DNA from: a virus
Lineage: Duplodnaviria; Caudoviricetes
Reading direction: 5' to 3' (one strand)
Length of the DNA stretch: 64,000 nt
IMG/VR virus record: IMGVR_UViG_3300031853_000007
Span: 1 to 64,000 of that record
The first letter of the stretch is position 1; every line of letters begins with the position of its first letter. Shown here piece after piece: positions 49,280 to 59,032 of the stretch. The position numbers and the translations under genes were made by a program. The notes under the pieces are model-generated. The model did no database searches and was not told the origin of the DNA. It saw only the letters and a program-made list of their open reading frames with translations.

Positions 49280-50920
49280 TTAGTCTTCGTTCAGTAGGTC
49301 AAACAGACCGTTGTAAGGCTTGTTTGAAGCTTTATTCTCATCGTCGTGGCAGCTAAAGCCAACGCGAGTCAAATCACTATTGGTGTTAATAGAGAAAGTA
49401 GAACTAATGCGTCCAAGCATAGCGTAACACTTCTCCTCAACTTCCTCTACGGAATAATCAGAGTTATTCTCTTTGAGGTTTGCGTAATCCTCACACTCAG
49501 CAAGTCTCTCATCAAATGCCTCGAATATTGCATTGACAGCCTCAGCGCGAGCATTAGCCTCCGCTTCGCTCTTGAATTTTCTCAGTTCCTCAACTTCGGT
49601 TTCAAGTGTAGCGAAATCGTTTCGCATCTTATCAAGCTCGTTGCGCTCGTTCTCGGTTACGAACTCCGCGAATACTTCCTCAAACTCGGGATTGACAGCT
49701 ACCTCTTCGTCATTCTTTGTGTAGCCAATCTTATAATACTTTTCGTCTATCCACGCCTGAGCAATGAAATAATCCTCGTAAGTACGGATTATCCAATATT
49801 CGTCGTCGCTAATCTCACCGAGAGCCTTATACAGCTTGGTGCGCTTGTCTTCGTCACTCATAGAAAAAGAAATACTCTTAGTGTCCTCAGAATAAACGCC
49901 AGCCTTTGCAGGCTCAGAATCGGAACTGTCAGCGTCAATAGAATTATCTGCGGCGGGAGCATCGTCAGGTTCACCATCAGGCTCGCCCTCGGGTTCTGCG
50001 TCATTAGACTCTCCATCAGAGTCGCCATCAGGCTCATCCTTGGGTTCGTCACCATCGCCCTCAGCTACGTCAACGGGATCTCCCTCAGTGGGTTCCTCGT
50101 CTACCTTAGCGTTAAGCTCAGCAACCTTAGCTCTCAGCTCATCAACAGTCATATCCTCGTTTATCTCAAAACCAAGTTCAGCTTCGCTTATACCGTACTC
50201 AGCAAGGACATTCTGTATAGTTTCCTTATCCATTCCTATCACTCCTTTCTCTTGTTCTTTATCCGCAATCGAGAATAACTTGGAAATCTCGCTGCGTAAA
50301 TCCTCAACAGTGATAACTCTTGTGCCATCATCTGCCGTAGAATAATTAGTAATAGTAGCACCCGAATTTTGCATTGCGGGTCTTACATCGGTGCCAAGAA
50401 GAGTTATACCTTCATACTTAAAATCAGTGATGATATAGCAATTCTTAGGCTTACTATAATGGTAATCCAAGAACTCTACTTCCATAGAGAGTTTTATCCT
50501 ATCGCTGTTTTGAAGAATATCAACACAGTAATTAGAATAGCCCTTCCATATGTAAGCATCACAATACACATAAGAAATACCATCCTCTTCAACTATCTCG
50601 TAATTGTTAGTCTCGGGAACTAAACCAACGGGTTGTTCTTGGTATATCTTGCGATACTGACCATCATTGAATTTATCTTCCTCGATAGTAAAATCGTGTC
50701 CTCCAAAATCAAGCTGACCATCATCGTTCTCTATAACGTGAGCAAGAATCGCGCTGTTAGCAATAGACGCTTGGGCTTTATAGAGTGCATCTTTGGGGAA
50801 TATTGTGTTGTGAAGACTCTTGGTATCGTGACATACTTTGAGTCGTAGTTTCATGAATTTGTCATTGTCGAAAGTATCATCGACTGCGTATGTTACCGCA
50901 TATGAAATATTATTTAGCAT
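49280..50920 (-). CDS. Prohead protease-scaffold fusion
   Basis: VCH, AYIWKGY, LSME, ITLLG..V.PAM protease-like N-domain; acidic coiled-coil C-domain. Confidence 0.8.
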   Translation of the reverse strand: MLNNISYAVTYAVDDTFDNDKFMKLRLKVCHDTKSLHNTIFPKDALYKAQASIANSAILAHVIENDDGQLDFGGHDFTIEEDKFNDGQYRKIYQEQPVGLVPETNNYEIVEEDGISYVYCDAYIWKGYSNYCVDILQNSDRIKLSMEVEFLDYHYSKPKNCYIITDFKYEGITLLGTDVRPAMQNSGATITNYSTADDGTRVITVEDLRSEISKLFSIADKEQEKGVIGMDKETIQNVLAEYGISEAELGFEINEDMTVDELRAKVAELNAKVDEEPTEGDPVDVAEGDGDEPKDEPDGDSDGESNDAEPEGEPDGEPDDAPAADNSIDADSSDSEPAKAGVYSEDTKSISFSMSDEDKRTKLYKALGEISDDEYWIIRTYEDYFIAQAWIDEKYYKIGYTKNDEEVAVNPEFEEVFAEFVTENERNELDKMRNDFATLETEVEELRKFKSEAEANARAEAVNAIFEAFDERLAECEDYANLKENNSDYSVEEVEEKCYAMLGRISSTFSINTNSDLTRVGFSCHDDENKASNKPYNGLFDLLNED

Positions 50921-50956
50921 TGCAACCTCCTTTCTAAAAAATGAAACACCGTGTTG

Positions 50957-51136
50957 TTACGCGAAGAAAGTGTTCGTGTATACTATCTTTAAGTCGTCCA
51001 TCTCACTAAATGTGTTAGCAGGGGAGTTCTCAAATACATAGGTGTCACCCGACATAGAAAAGAGTTTATAGCCGTGATTAAGTAATATCTCGGCGGTAGT
51101 ATCGTCTTGTGTCATAATGAAGTGTTTATCATCCAT
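50957..51136 (-). CDS. Small hypothetical protein (59 aa, below ORF-track cutoff)
   Basis: MDDKHFIMTQD..TA..L...GYKL...YVFEN...YTN; RBS GGTGG. Confidence 0.7.
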   Translation of the reverse strand: MDDKHFIMTQDDTTAEILLNHGYKLFSMSGDTYVFENSPANTFSEMDDLKIVYTNTFFA

Positions 51137-51150
51137 GCTTGTCCACCACC

Positions 51151-52656
51151 TTAATATTCCTTGTTGATTTCGGCTTCTCTTGTTAATTCACCTGCGTCAG
51201 TAAGCTGTTCGCCTTTTTCCTCTGCCGTAGGTGCGCCACCATCATCACTACCAGATTGAGTGTATGACGTAGCGAGAGGTTCAAATTTGTTTGCCAAATC
51301 AAGTACCTCATTTTCAAGGAAGGTCATACCAAGCATATCTATCGGATTGATACCAAGAGCGGAGCAAGCCATAGTCTTGGTTGGCAGACTAGCCTGAGCT
51401 GCCTTCAAATAACCGTTGATTGCTTCTTCCTTGTTATAGAATGTAATGTCTAATAGTTCAATCTTGAATTTGTACCTGCTAAACCGCAGCTTTAACAAGC
51501 GGTTGATGTTGCGCTCAATCTGACGAGACAAATCAAACACCATCTGCATATCCGCCTTAATAGAAACATTAAGAGTTGCAGAGGTTTTATTCTCGTCGCC
51601 AAATATAAGCGAGCTTACACCGGCATCATTCCAAAATGTTTTAATTGAATTATTGACGTTGTTGTTTTCAGAAGTTCCAGTATTCTCGAAACTGAAATCC
51701 TTAGAGTCCATAGGTGTAAGGAACGCGCCTATGTTTTCGGGAAGAACATCAAGTAAGCCGCTGTAATATTCAAGAAGAATATCGCGGTCAATCAAAAAGT
51801 TCCCGTCGTTATCAACAGGAACCTTCAATGCAATTACTTTATAGTTGTCAGTTTCGGCTTTGGCTTTCTTTAGGGCTTTGTAATCTTCAATGTCGTATAT
51901 ACCCTCAAACACACCAAGGAATGGTACAACGGGGTATGGGACATCATCCATGAGCTTTACACAGAACTGCCGCTTTGAATCGAGAGTTTGCCACCGCACA
52001 CCCTCTTCCTTAAACAATGCAAACCTCTCTTCAAACTCTTCGCCGAAGTATTGTAAATCCTGCGGATAAGTAAGAAAGTACGTGAAGTCGAAGTCGTATA
52101 AGAAACAACCATCTTCTATACGAGTGACCTTACAGTACTCAGGCGGGAGTTGCTTAATATAAAAGGATTCGTTGGACTCATATATGTATCCGTAGAATAT
52201 ATCTTCCTTAAAACATATCTTAGCAATCTTAGCCATCTCGTGACGTATATTCATCTTATCGAGATATGCAAGAGTATTGATATAACTCTTCTCATACTCC
52301 ACCTTATCTATTTTACCCCAAACAGAATTGATCTTATAAGGTGAGACAATATAAGAATAGAGGTGCATTGTAGCGAAATAATTTATCAGTCTCTTATAAT
52401 GAGGGCTAACCTGATATAAGTGGCGAGACATCATTCTCAGCTCGTTCTGATAAGTTGCGGGGTTGTTTATCCAATGCGACACCTTGTACTTTGGGTACTT
52501 CTTAAAGAAGTGCAAAGGATTGCGTACACGTATGTAAGGGTCTTTGTTTAAGTCACGAAGTATAATCTGTTTGAGTGCAGAAAACTTACTCAACTGATTA
52601 ATGACCTCATACCCCGCGCCGTCAGTGCTACTAACGGGAGTAATTAAATCTGACAT
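51151..52656 (-). CDS. Portal protein
   Basis: 501 aa directly after TerL; LY..SPHY.RLI.YF, C-terminal PL.TSYTQSG...GAP. Confidence 0.85.
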   Translation of the reverse strand: MSDLITPVSSTDGAGYEVINQLSKFSALKQIILRDLNKDPYIRVRNPLHFFKKYPKYKVSHWINNPATYQNELRMMSRHLYQVSPHYKRLINYFATMHLYSYIVSPYKINSVWGKIDKVEYEKSYINTLAYLDKMNIRHEMAKIAKICFKEDIFYGYIYESNESFYIKQLPPEYCKVTRIEDGCFLYDFDFTYFLTYPQDLQYFGEEFEERFALFKEEGVRWQTLDSKRQFCVKLMDDVPYPVVPFLGVFEGIYDIEDYKALKKAKAETDNYKVIALKVPVDNDGNFLIDRDILLEYYSGLLDVLPENIGAFLTPMDSKDFSFENTGTSENNNVNNSIKTFWNDAGVSSLIFGDENKTSATLNVSIKADMQMVFDLSRQIERNINRLLKLRFSRYKFKIELLDITFYNKEEAINGYLKAAQASLPTKTMACSALGINPIDMLGMTFLENEVLDLANKFEPLATSYTQSGSDDGGAPTAEEKGEQLTDAGELTREAEINKEY

Positions 52657-52671
52657 GATTCACCACCTTTA

Positions 52672-54408
52672 TTATTTCCTGATTATGGGTTTGCGGTAAT
52701 GCAACCCAAAAGAGTTATTAATTGATTCTTTCTTTTTCTTTGATATATCTAATTCGAGTTCGCTTGCCATATAGTTAGCATACGCTAACGACGAATACCT
52801 ATCCTTCCTATCATTACCTTTCTCACTGAGCTTTACTTTTGCGCCAACAACTTCATATTTCAGATTTATGATTTCATTAATAAGAAGTGTAGTTTGTGTG
52901 TAAGGCATAAGCAACTCAGTCTTCTTTTCAGTTGCTAGGTTTTTGAATCCTTTGATAGAATGGAAATAAGTATCGGCTTCTTGCTCGTTAATTAGCAGTC
53001 TCAATTTACCACGCTTGATGTTATCTTTTAACAACGAAGCGCAGTCACTATTAAATTGCATACTAGCTTTGACACTGTATATAACCTTGGGTGGGTTAGA
53101 AGATTCACCCTTATATCTCGCCGCCATCTCATCATTATTTTTGCAAGTCAGGGCGGGATATACTTCGCCGGTATCGGGATTAGTTAAATCCTTTACAAGC
53201 TCGTCATATACAGACATACCAACACCAGCACAGTCAAGTATAAGATAATCACACTGAAAATCCTCATAAAGCTGTCTTATGCGGATAGCCTGAGTCTCGG
53301 AGTGTCCACCCTCAAAGTTTTCAAGGTACACAACGTTTCTTATATACTGGTTGTTATTAGTGGGTAATAGCTGTAGTATAGTCACAGACGTAGCGTCGTT
53401 CTTGTGCTTCTTACTACCCATGACCGCGATATCAGCAGCGAGCAATCTAATCTCGCCATTCTGCTTGACTGGTGTTTTAAACGTATTGATATTAACCATA
53501 TCGACAATCTCGGCTGGATAAAAAGCTGATTGTACTCTTCTAGCGAATACAAGTTCATCGTAGCTGAAATATGCGTCCTCGGCTTCTCCATGCCAGAGAC
53601 ACTCGTTCTCCATGCGGAAGCTGACCGAGTTAAAGCTGGCTTCGGACATTTCGTCCTCTACGTCCTCGCGCATCATTATGCCCTCTTTAATAGAGAGCTG
53701 ATAGGGGAGACCACATACAAAGTATGCTTTTTTATCATCGAGCATATTTGCTGCATATGATTTAACGTGACTCCAAGACCAGTGTTTTTTAAACCAAGCA
53801 GAACTAAGGTATATTTGTTTATTACGCTCTTTAAGATGTGCGTACTCAGGTTTATCTAAATATCCTGCTTCACGAGAGGAGGTAAGAAACTTTGTAAGTA
53901 CAGTATCTACAATACTCTTTTTGACCATTCTAAATTCATCAATTAATAGAATGTTAGCTCGATTGTGTCTTGCGTTATCACTTGCTGTTACTGTTTTTAC
54001 ATAAGAGCCATTCTTGAATATAACAAATGCGCCACTTGTGTTGTTCTTGTATTCCAATATCTCATTTCTTAATAGCGGAGACCTAGGCATTAGGAAGAGT
54101 ATTATCTTACTAACAATTTCAGCTGCTTGTTCCTTGCTGCCCGCCGCAATACATATCTGCGTGTTTGGGTATAGTATAGCTCGTTGACAGCAAAAAACCG
54201 CTCCTAACAAACTTTTGCCAATTCCCCTACAAGCGCAAAGTATGAATCTATTACTCATATTCATTGCGACCAATAGTATACATTGGAATATTTTCAACTT
54301 AATGTTCAAAAAATCTTCTGCAAATCTATGAGGGTTAGCTCTATAATAACCACACCATTTATTCACCGCTTCCATCTGCTTGGTTTTCTCTTTAGACCAG
54401 TTACGCAT
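52672..54408 (-). CDS. Terminase large subunit
   Basis: CRGIGKS Walker A, LLIDEFR Walker B, YLSSA, ADIA...NDAT, LD..GVG, KDRYSS nuclease motifs. Confidence 0.95.
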   Translation of the reverse strand: MRNWSKEKTKQMEAVNKWCGYYRANPHRFAEDFLNIKLKIFQCILLVAMNMSNRFILCACRGIGKSLLGAVFCCQRAILYPNTQICIAAGSKEQAAEIVSKIILFLMPRSPLLRNEILEYKNNTSGAFVIFKNGSYVKTVTASDNARHNRANILLIDEFRMVKKSIVDTVLTKFLTSSREAGYLDKPEYAHLKERNKQIYLSSAWFKKHWSWSHVKSYAANMLDDKKAYFVCGLPYQLSIKEGIMMREDVEDEMSEASFNSVSFRMENECLWHGEAEDAYFSYDELVFARRVQSAFYPAEIVDMVNINTFKTPVKQNGEIRLLAADIAVMGSKKHKNDATSVTILQLLPTNNNQYIRNVVYLENFEGGHSETQAIRIRQLYEDFQCDYLILDCAGVGMSVYDELVKDLTNPDTGEVYPALTCKNNDEMAARYKGESSNPPKVIYSVKASMQFNSDCASLLKDNIKRGKLRLLINEQEADTYFHSIKGFKNLATEKKTELLMPYTQTTLLINEIINLKYEVVGAKVKLSEKGNDRKDRYSSLAYANYMASELELDISKKKKESINNSFGLHYRKPIIRK

Positions 54409-55484
54409 TAAGTATCACCACCAAACAGTTCGTCTGCATTGATCGCCGAATCATCATCGTCATCATAAGTAGGAGGCTCAACCGTATATTTAGATACTTC
54501 TTCTTCATACTCTTTTTCTAAAGCTTCGGTGTATTTATTCTTTACACCCATCATTCGACAGAAGTGCCCCAGTATCCAAACAAAAATATAATGTTTAATA
54601 CCGTCTACATCGCGGAATCTTTCATCGGGTTCGGATATCGGCTCCTCGTCTTCCCACTCTTTAATCTTCAAACCGAAACACTGATTATCCGTCAGCATCT
54701 CAGAGTCGGACTTCTGCTTAGGTTGCAGATTCGCCGATGCCATACTTGTATTGAACTGGTTAACGAGCTTGGTAATGTCACCGCCTTGTTCAAGTGCGTT
54801 CTGAATTTGTAACTGAATAAAACAGATATTTTTTATGATTGCCTTCTGAGTTATCTCTTCGCACTCTACGCTCTCACTCCATTCCTTATACTTAGTTTCT
54901 AAGAAATGATAGTCTCGATTCTCCAATCCGAAGCCCCAGAAATCCTTAGTCTCCTTGGATACATGTAGTTCCTCGACGGTTTCCGTAACCCTATACTGCT
55001 CCGTTATACTCTTCTCAATATCTTCAAGTATATTGTCAGCGTAAGTCTTATCAAGCAGAGACTCACGATTGTATAACAGCGTCAGATACTTAGTTACGCG
55101 GTTTCCGTCATTAGAATCCGCATACGCACTCTCAGCTAGGAAGTCGTTATAATACACATCAAGCATCATACAAACACGTCTGTATGCGGCATGATAATCG
55201 GGAAACGTTAGTGACGTTACATTAAATAAAGCATTTACACAGTCGCTACAATAAGGCATACGGTTGTGATTATTGACATTCATCACGCTGTAGCTTCGCG
55301 GAAACAGAGACGGATTATCCGAGTCCTTACCGCAAGAGCAACAATGGAATGTTTTCTCAGCCTTGTCACCCGCTTGAATCTTTAACATATCCTCGTTCAT
55401 TTCTCGAACACTTTTACGAACATATGTGCTCTTTGACCCCTTGGGGCGACCCATTGGCTTTTTAGTTAAATCTTGCTTGGGCAT
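54408..55484 (-). CDS. Putative terminase small subunit / zinc-binding protein
   Basis: Directly upstream of TerL; AT-hook-like GRPK, CCSCG...CSDC, FG..IK.WE...PI. Confidence 0.65.
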   Translation of the reverse strand: MPKQDLTKKPMGRPKGSKSTYVRKSVREMNEDMLKIQAGDKAEKTFHCCSCGKDSDNPSLFPRSYSVMNVNNHNRMPYCSDCVNALFNVTSLTFPDYHAAYRRVCMMLDVYYNDFLAESAYADSNDGNRVTKYLTLLYNRESLLDKTYADNILEDIEKSITEQYRVTETVEELHVSKETKDFWGFGLENRDYHFLETKYKEWSESVECEEITQKAIIKNICFIQLQIQNALEQGGDITKLVNQFNTSMASANLQPKQKSDSEMLTDNQCFGLKIKEWEDEEPISEPDERFRDVDGIKHYIFVWILGHFCRMMGVKNKYTEALEKEYEEEVSKYTVEPPTYDDDDDSAINADELFGGDT

Positions 55485-55589
55485 AACACCCCACCTTTCT
55501 TTCTTGTTTTGGAAGCTGCGTCGGGGAGTCGAACCCCGATTGAATCCCTCGCAACAAATAAGCGCCACCGAATGATGGCACTAGTATAA

Positions 55590-56348
55590 TTAAGAGAAAT
55601 CTTCTCTTAGCTTTTCGATTATTGTGATTTGACCTTTACCAGTTACATATGTAGTGTGACCTATCTTGGTAGCATATGGTGTTTCAAATGTGTATTCCTT
55701 TACTTCAAACAACCCGCTATCAATATATCTCTGGTAGGGCTGGTTTTTATGCTTTTCATCAGACATAAGGTATTTCTTATCTCTTAGCCACTTGAATAAT
55801 CTCTTTTGCCCTATACGAATGTTTTCGTCTTTAGCAAGCTTGGCTAGTGTGTTAATATCTATCAAATCGCTGGTGTCGGCAACGTGGTCGGCAAATGCAA
55901 CTTTTGGCTTATCTTCTTCTACTTTACGTTCAAGAGCGAGTTTTTCCTCTTGCTCCTCTATCCAACGCTTTGCTCGCTCAACGGGATCGTCAATCATATA
56001 ACTATCCATTAGCTTATATGTACCAGTCTTGCGAATGGCAGGTAAAACTTCGGAAGTAACCCAATGTTTAAAATATTTAGCTTCGGGAAGCTTGCTGCCA
56101 AAGATAAGAGAGTAGATACCGGATTCGTTAATAATAGTTGCTTTACTTTTGTAGTTGGAACCAGTGTCGGGAATTACGACGGTGGTTTTATCCTCCGAAT
56201 CTACGTGTCTCGCCATGGCATCTCTCGGATTACTATACCCTAACGCTTCCGCCACATCCTTGCCTACAAACCACGGCTCTCCATCAATTATAGTTGTTCT
56301 TACACTGCCAAAGTTCTTGTTTTCAAATACTGTTACGATTTCATTCAT
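55590..56348 (-). CDS. BRO-N / KilAC antirepressor
   Basis: EPWFVGKDVA..LGY, INESG.YSL, WVTSEVLP.IRKTG; PKV.FAD...VTGKGQ. Confidence 0.92.
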   Translation of the reverse strand: MNEIVTVFENKNFGSVRTTIIDGEPWFVGKDVAEALGYSNPRDAMARHVDSEDKTTVVIPDTGSNYKSKATIINESGIYSLIFGSKLPEAKYFKHWVTSEVLPAIRKTGTYKLMDSYMIDDPVERAKRWIEEQEEKLALERKVEEDKPKVAFADHVADTSDLIDINTLAKLAKDENIRIGQKRLFKWLRDKKYLMSDEKHKNQPYQRYIDSGLFEVKEYTFETPYATKIGHTTYVTGKGQITIIEKLREDFS

Positions 56349-56390
56349 AAATAATCATCGACCTTTCTGTTTTGTTTTTTATATTTAGAC

Positions 56391-56576
56391 TTACATACCA
56401 CTAAGAGTAAGTAGATCTTTTCTTAACTTTTCATCGTCTCTAAAGACAAAAACTGTTTTGTCTATATTGTTTTTATCGGGTTTTATATCTATAATAAGAT
56501 TACCCATTCTTAAAAGTCTTCTTGCCGTAGCTGGAGCAAATATAGACTTGCCTTTTACCGATGCTGTATTATTCAT
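56391..56576 (-). CDS. Small protein (DUF5659-like)
   Basis: IF....ARRLL..G..IIDIKP.K....KTVFVF. Confidence 0.7.
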   Translation of the reverse strand: MNNTASVKGKSIFAPATARRLLRMGNLIIDIKPDKNNIDKTVFVFRDDEKLRKDLLTLSGM

Positions 56577-56610
56577 TTCTTTTGAGACCTTTCTCTTTTT
56601 AAAGTATCTT

Positions 56611-57321
56611 TTACATCTTATCAGCCCATGCTGATAGTTCGCCCCTATAATTCTTTGTGAGGTGGCAAACCCTCGCCCATTCCTTATTCTGAAAATGTTC
56701 GATACATCTGCCAAGTCCTGAGTCTTCGGGTTTAATTCCCTGTACCTGTAACGATGAGCCAATGACACACACGTAACAATCGTCGTGACATCTCGTGAGA
56801 ACTGCTTTAAGTTGCTCTTTAGTCATACACTGAGCTTCGTCGATAATCACAAATTTCCTAGAGAAATCACTGCCGAGTATATACACATCCGTCATAGGCG
56901 TGAAGATACCAGTTCCCATCTTCTGGTTCATATAAGTATCGTCGTTTATCACAGTTACCGGATTCTCACCAAGATTAATTAGAGTATGAATAAGAGGAGC
57001 CATATAAACCGATTCTTTGTCCGCACGGTCTCCGGGGAGAAATCCTAGCCGTCCTTCTGAACTAGGGGTTCTGATATAGTACGCTTCGTCGCAAATGCCA
57101 TATCTCACATACATAAGAGCTACCGCTACCGCCATAGTGGTTTTTCCTGAACCTGCTACCGCATCAGCTATTACAAGTTTGACATCTCTATCCCAAAGAC
57201 AATCTCTGTAATATAACTGTTCGGAATCACTACAATCGAGACCATAGAAAGGATGGTCTTCGAGTGTCTTGGGCGGTTCACCATATGGTAATGCTATATT
57301 TTTCTTTGTTGATTTAGCCAT
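56611..57321 (-). CDS. phoH: PhoH-like ATPase
   Basis: AGSGKT, LGFLPG, IIDEAQ, LTR, G...Q, L.KNYR. Confidence 0.9.
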   Translation of the reverse strand: MAKSTKKNIALPYGEPPKTLEDHPFYGLDCSDSEQLYYRDCLWDRDVKLVIADAVAGSGKTTMAVAVALMYVRYGICDEAYYIRTPSSEGRLGFLPGDRADKESVYMAPLIHTLINLGENPVTVINDDTYMNQKMGTGIFTPMTDVYILGSDFSRKFVIIDEAQCMTKEQLKAVLTRCHDDCYVCVIGSSLQVQGIKPEDSGLGRCIEHFQNKEWARVCHLTKNYRGELSAWADKM

Positions 57322-57953
57322 TAGAATACCTCATTAAGATCATCAATTATTCCAGAAACCACACCTAGTTCAAGCTGCATCGAGCTTGACAGGTACCAAT
57401 CTTTTGTCCAATTAGCGGACAGTCTCTTCTTTGTAATATTGGTACGTTCAATAATGTAATCTGCCATCATCTCAACTGTACGCTTATAATTCTTCTGGCT
57501 TTCTTGTATCTGTTCATAATCGCCGACCTGCTGACTACTACCGGGATGAAACATAGCAGTACTATACTTCATCGCGTATCTCTTATGCCCCGCGAGAAGA
57601 AGCAATGCGCCCATACTCATAGCAATACCAGCATTAACGGTATAAACAGGAGTCTTGCTTGCGGTAATTGCAGAGATAAGAGCGTATCCCTGATGTACGT
57701 CACCGCCGTAGCTATAAATGAATATTACTATCGGCTTTCTCTCTTCGACCGGGAGGTTCTTGTCTGCGCGATTATACTCATAAATCTGTTTAGTGATTTC
57801 AAAAGTATTTTCAGTAATATCATCGTCAATGTAAATAACTCTGTCGTCATAGTCTTTGTAGTACCTCAATATATCTGGGTCGGGTAAGTGTACGTCTGTT
57901 AATTCCTTGGGAATCTTTATATCCAGCGCGTAAACATCGTCCATAAAATCCAT
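57321..57953 (-). CDS. clpP: ClpP-like serine protease
   Basis: I.SYGG.V..G, AMSMG (Ser), FH (His), DWYL...LELG. Confidence 0.88.
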   Translation of the reverse strand: MDFMDDVYALDIKIPKELTDVHLPDPDILRYYKDYDDRVIYIDDDITENTFEITKQIYEYNRADKNLPVEERKPIVIFIYSYGGDVHQGYALISAITASKTPVYTVNAGIAMSMGALLLLAGHKRYAMKYSTAMFHPGSSQQVGDYEQIQESQKNYKRTVEMMADYIIERTNITKKRLSANWTKDWYLSSSMQLELGVVSGIIDDLNEVF

Positions 57954-57985
57954 ATACCGTATCTACCTTTCGTTCTTTAAAATTT

Positions 57986-58590
57986 TAGCATCGTAGGATA
58001 CCACATTTATATTTACACAGACCTTCGCCTTACCTCCATTAACTTTCCATGTTGTTCGACCACTGAGAAGTCAAGGCTGAATATAAAGGAGCTACCTTTA
58101 TACTTCTTGACTACTTATAAACCTCAGGCGGGACTGTTACCCACAAATTTCACCAAACGTTCAGCATTACCCCCGAAGAGGATTTATTCATCTTAAATTC
58201 TATAATACTTTAGAAGAATAAACTTTACTTGTGATATGGCTACTCTAACTGGCGACTTGTCTTATACCCCGTTTGACCGAGTTCAACACAAATGCGATTG
58301 CTTGGATTACCCAAGGAACCCCACGGTTTCCACGCCGCAGGTTTTGGGCTTATTCTACACACGTAGCGTCTATTACTCGCACGACAAGTTCCATGTCTTA
58401 CACAACGTTAACTCTTAGCACCACCACTAATATCAAGGGTTTCCCTTTCTTGCTTATACGTCACCGCATAAGAATCGACTTATCATCACAAGTATCCTTG
58501 CAATAATATTCGGTTAAGTAGCGTCTCGGCAGGGTGTTAACCATCTGCACCGAGTTGTTGTAAATATAAATCTAGCATCCTACAATGCCA
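57986..58590 (-). ncRNA. Large structured ncRNA (~605 nt), ROOL-like
   Basis: Ends pair (GCATTGTAGGAT..ATTTATATTTACA / TGTAAATATAAAT..ATCCTACGATGC); long-range stems TACTTGTGAT/ATCACAAGTA, ACTTGTC/GACAAGT, AGTCAAG/CTTGACT; starts right after tRNA-Asn; no credible ORF. Confidence 0.7.
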
Positions 58591-58592
58591 AG

Positions 58593-58665
58593 CTCTCCGA
58601 CTAGGACTCGAACCTAGAACCGACTCGTTAACAGCGAGCTGCACTACCGCTTGTGCTATCGGAAA
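58593..58665 (-). tRNA. tRNA-Asn(GTT), CCA not encoded
   Basis: Full cloverleaf: TTTCCGA/TCGGAGA, GCAC/GTGC, GCTCG-CTGTTAA-CGAGT, CTAGG-TTCGAGT-CCTAG. Confidence 0.9.
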
Positions 58666-58723
58666 GTATATGAGCTTTTTATCCTCATGCTCAGGAGCAA
58701 AAAGAGGTGAAAACATAAGAGAA

Positions 58724-58795
58724 TTGCGCGCTCAAGAATCGAACTCAAAACCGTAGGTCATGACCCTACTCGTGTTACCATTACACCAACGCGCG
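58724..58795 (-). tRNA. Atypical tRNA with CAT anticodon (initiator-like C1:A72 mismatch)
   Basis: CGCGCGT/GCGCGCA, GTGT/ACAC, GTAGG-GTCATGA-CCTAC, TTGAG-TTCGATT-CTTGA. Confidence 0.7.
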
Positions 58796-59032
58796 ATATA
58801 ATAAAATGAGGGCGGGAATAAGTCGAACCTATTCTCCGCCCACTAAATCCAAAGGATTCAGAATGAAGAAAATGGTGACAGCAACGAGTAATTACCTCCG
58901 GCTATATTTGTCATGCAAGCATGAGCGTCCTTTGATTGCTGCCATATAATGCGGTGACAATCGCCACCGCTGATACGTAATATGTGAACTCACCCGCCGA
59001 GTTGAAATTGTTGCGGGGTCACACAATAGTAT

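Noticed and set aside
43301-50345. Long plus-strand ORFs opposite tail, capsid and scaffold genes (e.g. 43301-44074, 48663-49283, 49346-50278)
   Set aside because: Antisense shadows of strongly codon-biased genes; no RBS or recognisable motifs.
58236-58506. Small plus-strand ORFs in the HU-clpP gap
   Set aside because: They lie antisense to the structured RNA and lack RBS or protein-like features.
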